Source: a virus (taxonomy: Duplodnaviria > Caudoviricetes). Taken from it: a stretch of 32,905 nt of DNA. The stretch is from positions 1 through 32,905 of IMG/VR virus record IMGVR_UViG_3300025120_000012. The stretch is one strand, 5' to 3'. Positions 17,697 through 24,765 of the stretch are shown here, piece after piece; the stretch's first letter is position 1, and each line of letters begins with the position of its first letter. The notes below the pieces were generated by a model. The model was not told where the DNA came from and made no database searches. It saw only the letters and a program-made list of their open reading frames with translations. The position numbers and the translations under genes are program-made.

Positions 17697-17930
17697 TTAT
17701 TTAGATTCAATTTGTTTATTAAAAGAAGAAATCATTTGAGTCAGATTCTCTTGAGTTTCATTTGCTGAAGTCTTTGCAATCTGAACGTGAATGAATTTTA
17801 ATGACTCTTTTAACCTCTCAGCTTTTTCAGTTTCGCCATTGCTTAGTGCAATGAATAAAGCTTCAAGGCATTGCTCAGCGTTGTTGATTTGTTTGTTTGT
17901 TGATTTGTTTTGAATGATAAAATTTTCCAT
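17697..17930 (-). CDS. First early gene (likely start MENFIIQ at 17930), helical
   Basis: ATG at the same offset from cassette 4 as in cassette 3. Confidence 0.7.
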   Translation of the reverse strand: MENFIIQNKSTNKQINNAEQCLEALFIALSNGETEKAERLKESLKFIHVQIAKTSANETQENLTQMISSFNKQIESK

Positions 17931-17988
17931 GATATTAATTTTTAAAAGGTTTATACCACAAAAACCCCACACTGAAAAAGTGTGAGGT
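17927..17988 (-). repeat. Hairpin+initiation cassette, copy 4
   Basis: ACCTCACACT-TTTTC-AGTGTGGGGT-TTTT-GTGGTATAAACCTTTTAAAAATTAATATC-ATGG; last 30 nt identical to copy 3. Confidence 0.9.
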
Positions 17989-17989
17989 A

Positions 17990-18234
17990 AAATGTTTGAT
18001 GGTTTTGTTTTTTGGAGATGCTCCGAGATACATTCTCAGATGGTCTGTCATAAAGGCTCAATTCAAGAGTATGTCCTTTCAATGATTTTCCATGATGGTC
18101 ATGTGGTCATATTTAAGTCATCTATTCGTGAACGCTGTTGTCTCATCAGAGAGGCTCCCTCAGTGTGTGAGGTCATGTCTCTGGGAGTGTTCGTCAAGCC
18201 AATATTTCAAAGTACTCATGTGCGTGTTGCACAT
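17990..18234 (-). ncRNA. Candidate structured 5' leader RNA with boxA-like motif
   Basis: No long minus-strand ORF; several stems (ATGTGC/GCACAT, CAGAGA/TCTCTG, CCTCA/TGAGG, CATGA/TCATG, AAAGG/CCTTT, CTGAGA/TCTCGG); GTACTTTGAAATATTGG near the 5' end. Confidence 0.5.
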
Positions 18235-18236
18235 CA

Positions 18237-18268
18237 CGAATATAAGGACTTTAAATTAATATAAACAA
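18237..18268 (-). promoter_or_regulatory. Putative early promoter (Bacteroidota -33/-7 type)
   Basis: TTG-N21-TATATTCG on the minus strand at the head of the early gene block. Confidence 0.6.
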
Positions 18269-18297
18269 GAGCATGAGTGAAATAAATTTCAAAACAG

Positions 18298-18321
18298 CTC
18301 TGTATCCCTTGTAAACACTGG
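18298..18321. repeat. Partial copy of the 85-bp element (first box only)
   Basis: CTCTGTATCCCTTG-TAAAC-ACTGG; same boxes and spacing as copy A. Confidence 0.75.
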
Positions 18322-18400
18322 GAAAAATTTTTTTATTTTTTTTTACTTTGGTTAAATTCTAATCAAAAAATGAAAATGTTGAGATTTTAATCAGACCCCC

Positions 18401-18485
18401 TTCTGGAAGCCTTGATTTTACTGGTGTTTTTCATAACTTTAATTTTTGATAGTAGGATACCAGAGAACCCCTAAAGTCTCTTAAA
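18401..18485. repeat. Dispersed 85-bp intergenic element, copy B
   Basis: TTCTGGAAGCCTTG-N5-ACTGG...TCATA...AGTAGGATACCAGAGA...TAAAGTCTCTTAAA; gapless alignment to copy A. Confidence 0.8.
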
Positions 18486-18629
18486 TCGCTTTATTTGGCT
18501 TCTCAGAGTATTTTGGCTTTTACCCCATTTAGGGAAAATTTGACCAAGATTTTGGTCTCATATTTTGTGATTTTTGTGCAAAAATTAGCTCATTTTTTGG
18601 TCCATTTTGACCATAAAAAAGCTCTTTTT

Positions 18630-19508
18630 TTAGTGTGGAAATTGCATGGAATCCACCTTTTTGATGATTCTGTCTGACTTGTTTTTTTGACTTCTTATCA
18701 TTTTGAGCATTAAAATTCTGCCTCCTATTGGCTTGATACCAGCTCCTCTCTCAACATGAAAACCAGAAAAACCACCATCCCATTCTTCCTTATATGTACC
18801 ACAAATCATCTGATGAATTTCTTGATGGTGCAAAAATGGTCCATAGGTTGTGGAGATTTTCAGGGTCTCTCTCACGTTTACACGACATGAATTCTCATGA
18901 ACGTGACCCATGCAATAGACATCAGCTCCTTCAAATTTTCCCAAAGCTCTTGTCAGATTTATGGCTCCCTGAGTCACTGGTCCACCACCTCCAGACCCAT
19001 GAAAATATTTGATTCTAAAATTGCAATATTCTTTTTTACTCTTGTTCATCTTCACCAGAAACCAGCCACCATAACCACCAGAGTGAATCTTTGTTCCGTT
19101 TTTATAGTTCATCATATCAACAAACCGAGCAATGATGTCAGTCTCCTGATGCTTAATGATTGACGTCTCATGATTCCCATATCCCACCACTTGAATCAAG
19201 TGAGCATAAGGTGAAAAATATTCCACAGCTGTCTCCACCACAGAATCCAAATATCTTGAGTTGTTGTGTTCTGGTCTGATGTCTGACTTGTTCCCTCTTC
19301 TGTCTCCTTTGCCTTGCATAAGACAAAACCAGTCACCTATTCCAAGAATTTTGATGTCATGCTCCAGACAATAGTCAAGGTCTCGTTTTAATTTCTCTCT
19401 GTCGCATTTAGGATTATCCCAATGAATGTCACCAATCACAGCGAGTTTTAAATAATCACCACCAATCTCCATCTGGTGAATGTTCCTTGAGTATCTGGTA
19501 ACTTCCAT
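18630..19508 (-). CDS. Calcineurin-like metallophosphoesterase
   Basis: GDIH, GDWFC, GNHE, FHG, GHVH motifs. Confidence 0.88.
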   Translation of the reverse strand: MEVTRYSRNIHQMEIGGDYLKLAVIGDIHWDNPKCDREKLKRDLDYCLEHDIKILGIGDWFCLMQGKGDRRGNKSDIRPEHNNSRYLDSVVETAVEYFSPYAHLIQVVGYGNHETSIIKHQETDIIARFVDMMNYKNGTKIHSGGYGGWFLVKMNKSKKEYCNFRIKYFHGSGGGGPVTQGAINLTRALGKFEGADVYCMGHVHENSCRVNVRETLKISTTYGPFLHHQEIHQMICGTYKEEWDGGFSGFHVERGAGIKPIGGRILMLKMIRSQKNKSDRIIKKVDSMQFPH

Positions 19509-19509
19509 A

Positions 19510-20118
19510 CTAAAATTCTTTTATTAAACAATAGGAAACAAACTTCTGAGTCCCTGAATCCAGAGCTTTCTTAAACCATCTCATCTGGTCCATATATTTG
19601 ACCCTCTGGTTGATGGTCTGACATCCAGCTGACCATGAATTAATGTCCTCTCTGTGGATTTTTATATTCTTCTTACTGAAGTCATAGGTGTTCGAATGAA
19701 AGTTAATTCCAAACCATCCCATGTATGCTCTCCCCAGCTCCTCAGCTTTCCCATCCATGTCATTGTCTCTATGGATTATCACCTGACTTCCCAATTGTTT
19801 CAAGCTGGGCATCCTTCCTCTATGAAGACCATACTTCCACACGTTATGATACCACATATTAGACTTTAAGATTGCACATCCCTTGCTGTTGAATTTCTTA
19901 AATCCACCTTTGAGAATTGTGACTCCAGCATTCGTGGTCCCAGTCATGACATCAATGAATTTAGTCCCTTCATATATGTAGAATTTATCATCAAACTTAT
20001 TTGTCAAATCAGCTGAGGACCTGACTCCTATTATCCATCTACCTCTGGGATATCCCTTGAATGAATCCAGCTCCTTGACTCTATCAAGAAGCTCTTTATC
20101 TGTGTATTTTCTGACCAT
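19510..20118 (-). CDS. Putative endolysin with L,D-transpeptidase (YkuD)-like Cys/His motif
   Basis: GINFH...WSAGCQ motif, IIGVR, FDD, RDNDMDG; located downstream of the holin. Confidence 0.65.
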   Translation of the reverse strand: MVRKYTDKELLDRVKELDSFKGYPRGRWIIGVRSSADLTNKFDDKFYIYEGTKFIDVMTGTTNAGVTILKGGFKKFNSKGCAILKSNMWYHNVWKYGLHRGRMPSLKQLGSQVIIHRDNDMDGKAEELGRAYMGWFGINFHSNTYDFSKKNIKIHREDINSWSAGCQTINQRVKYMDQMRWFKKALDSGTQKFVSYCLIKEF

Positions 20119-20516
20119 TACTTTTCTTTTTTACAGCTCCACTTTTTCCAGACAGAATATAAAACAAACACAAGAATCAAGATGCTCACAGCTGACTTCC
20201 CGAAGTCAGGTCTGTCCATTATTTTCTCAATGATTTCAATCTCCTTGTCAAAGGTGATTGTCTCAATGTATATGGTGTCATGTTTTATAAAAGTGTCAGT
20301 GACAATGTGCTTGTCATTTATTATGGTGTCGCTGTGACCTATTATGAAAAGAGTATCCTCATCATAGTTCACAACAGCAAAGCTGTCCTCACCCAGCTGG
20401 GTGATATTATCGTCATCAAATTTCATTTCATTTTCCATTTTTCTTCTTTTTAATCCAATCCAGAGCAATGTCAAAAGCATCATCGAAAATAAGGTCAATT
20501 TTTTCAGTGATTTCAT
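20118..20516 (-). CDS. Membrane-anchored lysis-cassette protein, spanin-like (alternative start 20438)
   Basis: Repeated DT(I/L/F) beta motifs and a C-terminal TM followed by a basic tail; lies between holin and lysin. Confidence 0.45.
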   Translation of the reverse strand: MKSLKKLTLFSMMLLTLLWIGLKRRKMENEMKFDDDNITQLGEDSFAVVNYDEDTLFIIGHSDTIINDKHIVTDTFIKHDTIYIETITFDKEIEIIEKIMDRPDFGKSAVSILILVFVLYSVWKKWSCKKEK

Positions 20517-20742
20517 TGGCTAACCATCCCACCACAAAGCTGACTAAAATGATAAGCTTTGGAGTGAGTTCTTCATAGAACAATTCAATCACTCCAATCA
20601 GTGAAAATGACAGAATCCCAGCCACCACCATCCCAATCAAGATGGATTTTATTTTCAATCTCTTCTTCATCCCTTTCATCAAGGCTCCAGTCATACCGAT
20701 TCCCATTGCAATGATGTCAGTAAATTGTTCAAATCCTTTCAT
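20428..20742 (-). CDS. Putative holin (3 TM)
   Basis: 104 aa, three hydrophobic segments, basic C-terminus, upstream of the lysin. Confidence 0.7.
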   Translation of the reverse strand: MKGFEQFTDIIAMGIGMTGALMKGMKKRLKIKSILIGMVVAGILSFSLIGVIELFYEELTPKLIILVSFVVGWLANEITEKIDLIFDDAFDIALDWIKKKKNGK

Positions 20743-20754
20743 ATTTTCTATTTA

Positions 20755-21177
20755 TTAAATACCAGTGTTTGATGTCATGAATGCTGTGAAAGTGGCTGAT
20801 GTGAATGCTTCTCCTTTTGCTCCTTGTGTAATGTTTCCCACCATTAATTCACTTACCCTGATAGTCCCCACTCCCATGTGGTTAGATATGACAAAATAAT
20901 TTGTATAAATAGTCCCCTTCCCAGTGACCTGAGCTTCTTGTTCAATATTAAAGCTCGTGGACTTCTTTGGATAGTATGAAGTGATTAATCTGTTTTCACT
21001 GATTGCCTCTATTGGATTTAATAAAGACTCTCCCACAGAAGCTGATTCCTCTCCAATACTTTTCATGGTTGGAATTTCTTCTGATGTTTCTGATTTTGGC
21101 TCCTGAATATTTCCATCAATTCTGATATAATTGTTCTCTTCTGAAATTGATGTGATTGTTAAAGTTGGATTGCTCAT
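20755..21177 (-). CDS. Hypothetical (possibly structural) protein
   Basis: 140 aa, T/S/E-rich, at the end of the tail module. Confidence 0.65.
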   Translation of the reverse strand: MSNPTLTITSISEENNYIRIDGNIQEPKSETSEEIPTMKSIGEESASVGESLLNPIEAISENRLITSYYPKKSTSFNIEQEAQVTGKGTIYTNYFVISNHMGVGTIRVSELMVGNITQGAKGEAFTSATFTAFMTSNTGI

Positions 21178-21197
21178 GTTTTAATTGTTTTTTAGTA

Positions 21198-22373
21198 TTA
21201 GAAATAAGTTCTTTTGTTTTTAAATTTGTCTGTGACCACAGCTGTAAGTTTCACTTTTCTTGAGTGGTCAAAATAATCCAGAGAAGGTGATTCACTTACA
21301 ATCACTGGGAGGTCCTGATAGTCATATCTTGGATTTGTTGCATTGTAATCAGAAATAAAAAGCTGATTTTCACTTAACAGATACAGCTCCACAAGTGGCT
21401 TGATGATGCAGTCATCAGATGGGTCTGTGATGATTTCATAGGTATTCAGATTTTCTCTTGTGACTCTCTTCATTTCTCTATTGTTGAAAATGATGTTGTC
21501 TGTCTCCATGTTTGGCTGTCTGTTTCCTATGTACCCATGAAATCTGAAGCTGGACTCCACATCAGCTCCAGTGAAATTGATGTTTTGAACCTCTTGCACC
21601 CCATTGAAAATGGCTCTGACTCTTGCAGTGTGAAGAGCATTCTGAATGCTGTACTCCTGAAGGTCATATTTTCCCCATGAAAGGTCTCCAGTGATTCCTG
21701 AAATCGAATACTCAATTTTTATCTCATAGCATCCCAGACCATCTGAATTGAGAACATCAATCCATTTGATGGTTGTATAATATGCAAGAGAGTCAGCTGG
21801 GAATTGATTTTCTGTGGGATTGTATGTGGTTAAGACTCCATTTTTATAGAGCTTAAAATCAAAAGTATCTGAAGGGTCTGAAGTCTTTATCCATGCTGAA
21901 GTCACATCACTCTTCCAAGTGTCTGAGCTGGGAGATGCAAGGACTAAAAACTTGCAACAACATTCCTTCACTCCTCTGTCCTCTTCCACAAAATCCTCTG
22001 GAAGCTTTATGCTTGAGAATGACTTTCTTGTTCTGTCTTGTTTTCCACATTTAGGACAATCTTGAGCTGATGTTGTCATGGTTTTCCAGATGCTTTGAAT
22101 GTCGTTCCATCCAGTTGCTGGATTTAAAGTCAAAACAGCCAAAGGACAAGCTCCTGAAAAAGCATATCTTGAATACTGAACGCCAGAAGATATGGAACCA
22201 AGTTCACTGGTTATAAACCAAAATCCTGAATTGTACCACATGAAATATGTTAATCCTCCATGAGTCCATGTCCACCATGCGAATCCATTTAGGTCTCCAC
22301 CTTTTTCAAGTTGGTAAGTTGTGACCTGAGTGTCTGTGTTTGCTTCTATTTCTATTTTTATACAATCGCACAT
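21198..22373 (-). CDS. Putative tail-tip/structural protein with Trp-rich N-terminal domain
   Basis: 391 aa in the tail module; Cys clusters separate two domains. Confidence 0.6.
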   Translation of the reverse strand: MCDCIKIEIEANTDTQVTTYQLEKGGDLNGFAWWTWTHGGLTYFMWYNSGFWFITSELGSISSGVQYSRYAFSGACPLAVLTLNPATGWNDIQSIWKTMTTSAQDCPKCGKQDRTRKSFSSIKLPEDFVEEDRGVKECCCKFLVLASPSSDTWKSDVTSAWIKTSDPSDTFDFKLYKNGVLTTYNPTENQFPADSLAYYTTIKWIDVLNSDGLGCYEIKIEYSISGITGDLSWGKYDLQEYSIQNALHTARVRAIFNGVQEVQNINFTGADVESSFRFHGYIGNRQPNMETDNIIFNNREMKRVTRENLNTYEIITDPSDDCIIKPLVELYLLSENQLFISDYNATNPRYDYQDLPVIVSESPSLDYFDHSRKVKLTAVVTDKFKNKRTYF

Positions 22374-22384
22374 ATTTTTTTATT

Positions 22385-24571
22385 TTAAGTCCAGTGACAT
22401 CCCTTGATTTTTGCAGTGATTTTCACACCAGCTGAGAGGTCAATTTTTGAAGGGTCAAATTTGCATTCAAGACGAGCAACATCAGGAGAAGGAAAAGTCA
22501 AGTCACACCTTAAACCAGAAAGAGGTGTCAGTGGATTCAATGTGTTTCCATCAAAATCAATTGCTGAGCTGGATATCCATCTGGGACTTGATTCTGTTGG
22601 TTCAATTGTAATCATTCCCCAAGTTGTATCAGGGACCCAAGAGTCTCCATTGAGATTGGTATTTGTTGCAACAATTCTCATCTGTTCTCCTTCAATTATG
22701 ACCTGAACATTCTGCAATGGGTCAGCTCTAAAAAGCTGAATGTCTTGCTGTATGTTCCCAGCTGAGTCATAGTCTTTTATTATTATATCATCATAATATT
22801 CATAAGCAAGACCATTCATGTCATATTCAACAAAGAGCCTCAGACCCCAGTTTCCAGTATTTCCATAAGGGACCCAGTTTCTGGTTTGTTCATCTGGGTA
22901 AAAATCAGGACTTACATTCATGAGCTGAAGCCAGTATTCCCACCTATACAAATAGGGAAAGTATAAGCTCACTCCATACTGAATGGCTTGGTCAAGTGAT
23001 GTATCTCTCTTGAGATTTATTTGTCTTTTGACTGATGTTGTGGGAAGTGTTGAATTCACAGCTTGTGTCTCGTCTAAAATGTAGGCTTCAAGTCCAGTGG
23101 TTTCTTGAGGTACATTGTTCAGGCTAAAGTTGTTTTGTTGAAGTGTGAAAGATGCTCCAGTGGATGAATTGTAAGCTTGAACCCCTACCCTCACATAAGT
23201 CACAAGAGCTTTTTTTACCCATCTCCACTTCCCTATCCAGCCAAAATCATCCTCCACATTTCCAGTATATCCTGATTGAACAAGAGACCCATCTGTCTGC
23301 TGTTGAGAGTGGTCAAAGAATTGACTGACTACCATTGTAATGGGTCCAGCTGTGACTGGTTGCTTTGTCAATTGACCAGAGAAAACGAGTACGTTTACAG
23401 ACCCAAATTTCATCCAAACATAAAAGGTCTTATTTCCTTCTGTCTGAGCCTCCATGAACGTAGTGAATGCACTATTCGGAGTGAATGTGAAGTCTATTGT
23501 CCTGATGGTCCCAGCTGTTGCAATATTGGTCAGCTCTATTGTGTACCCAGCTCCATCTGGATTCAGTGCTGATTGGTTAGCCACTCCAGAAATTGGAAGA
23601 GAGGAAGGGACAATCATGGTCAGGTTTGATTGTGACTCTGGTTGAATTTTGAAATAAGAGTCATCATTGCTGATGTAAGCTGACCCGATTGCGTAGTCAT
23701 TAGAAGCTGAGTCAATCACAAACTGACCAGAAGTGGATTGGTCATATCCCAGCTCAGAGATTCCTTGAACCAGTGTTGCATCAATTGAACCAGTGTTGAA
23801 TGCTTCATTAAACCATCCAGAATCTGCATCTTCATTGAAGATAGATTCTGTCTGTCCAAATGGTTCACCCAATAAACTGGACCAGCTCATTCTTGCATAT
23901 AGTTTCAAGCAATTGTCAAAGCTGAAAAGATTAGAATTGTATAGTCCAGATTGCTGGAAAGAAATTTGAAGTTCATATTCTTTAGTGTTGCCTGAAGTAG
24001 AATTCAAGACCATGACAGCTGATAAATCATAAGCTCCAGATTTGTTCCCAATCTGGACCCCAGTTGCTCCAGCTCCTCCTGATAGGTCAAAGGTAAATCT
24101 TGAAACTTCTCCATCTATTAAAGAATATTGAGAACCAGCTGAACCATTCACCACCATGTTGAATTCCAGAGTCATCTGTTCTCTGTTTCTGGTGTTAAAT
24201 ATTGAAACAGCTTCACCATTGCTTTGAGTGTACCAAGAAGAAAGAGCTGAAGCCACTTCCATCTCATCCTCATTAATCCAGACGATTGTTGTTGATGTTG
24301 TTGCAAGGACCACACCAGTTGATTCTGTATAGGTTGTGATTGTTATTGTATCGCCCACTCTGAATCCCTCTTCCTCCCAGTTTCCTCCAAGCCATGTCAT
24401 AAGGTTCAAAGCTGGATTGTTCTGGATTGATTCACCCAGAGAAGAATTCACAGAAATACTTTCTCTGATGCTGATTCTGGCTGTCTGCAAATCTCCAGCA
24501 TTGGATTGAAGGAAGGACCTTGTGGTCCCAAACATATCCTGAAAAGTTTGGTTAATTTGAATAATCGGCAT
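22385..24571 (-). CDS. Putative large tail/baseplate structural protein
   Basis: 728 aa, S/T/G/N-rich beta composition, downstream of the tape measure gene. Confidence 0.65.
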   Translation of the reverse strand: MPIIQINQTFQDMFGTTRSFLQSNAGDLQTARISIRESISVNSSLGESIQNNPALNLMTWLGGNWEEEGFRVGDTITITTYTESTGVVLATTSTTIVWINEDEMEVASALSSWYTQSNGEAVSIFNTRNREQMTLEFNMVVNGSAGSQYSLIDGEVSRFTFDLSGGAGATGVQIGNKSGAYDLSAVMVLNSTSGNTKEYELQISFQQSGLYNSNLFSFDNCLKLYARMSWSSLLGEPFGQTESIFNEDADSGWFNEAFNTGSIDATLVQGISELGYDQSTSGQFVIDSASNDYAIGSAYISNDDSYFKIQPESQSNLTMIVPSSLPISGVANQSALNPDGAGYTIELTNIATAGTIRTIDFTFTPNSAFTTFMEAQTEGNKTFYVWMKFGSVNVLVFSGQLTKQPVTAGPITMVVSQFFDHSQQQTDGSLVQSGYTGNVEDDFGWIGKWRWVKKALVTYVRVGVQAYNSSTGASFTLQQNNFSLNNVPQETTGLEAYILDETQAVNSTLPTTSVKRQINLKRDTSLDQAIQYGVSLYFPYLYRWEYWLQLMNVSPDFYPDEQTRNWVPYGNTGNWGLRLFVEYDMNGLAYEYYDDIIIKDYDSAGNIQQDIQLFRADPLQNVQVIIEGEQMRIVATNTNLNGDSWVPDTTWGMITIEPTESSPRWISSSAIDFDGNTLNPLTPLSGLRCDLTFPSPDVARLECKFDPSKIDLSAGVKITAKIKGCHWT

Positions 24572-24764
24572 ACTTCTTTTTTAAGGTGTTTAATGTATCA
24601 GAATCATTCTCCTTCACAGCTCTTAAAATCTTCTTCTGGTCCTTCAGTATCTCTGAGACTTTTTCAGGTTCTTGCTCCTGAATTTTTAGGAGTGTTTGTG
24701 TGTTGATTTTTACAAGCTTATCCAAACCTTTTCTGAATTCATTTAATGTGTTTTTTATATCCAT
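24552..24764 (-). CDS. Small helical hypothetical protein
   Basis: 70 aa, fills the gap between tail genes. Confidence 0.65.
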   Translation of the reverse strand: MDIKNTLNEFRKGLDKLVKINTQTLLKIQEQEPEKVSEILKDQKKILRAVKENDSDTLNTLKKKYADYSN

Positions 24765-24765
24765 T

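Noticed and set aside
16313-17988. CRISPR array or solitary type I-E repeat mimics (GGGG...ATAAACC)
   Set aside because: Spacing is 370-730 bp and filled with ORFs, the repeats vary internally, extra bases separate GGGG from ATAAACC, and no cas genes are present.
16313-17988. Integron attC sites
   Set aside because: No RYYYAAC/GTTRRRY ends and no integrase; the wobble pattern favours an RNA-level structure.
18120-18190. Hammerhead ribozyme (minus-strand CUGAUGAG...CGAA)
   Set aside because: Second core reads GAAU rather than GAAA, stem II pairs poorly, and no NUH triplet precedes the candidate stem I.
18140-18190. SAM-I riboswitch-like words (CAGAG...GAGGGA...GATGA...CAGC)
   Set aside because: Lacks the AUC/GAU P1 and GCAACC elements, spacing is wrong, and no metabolic gene follows.
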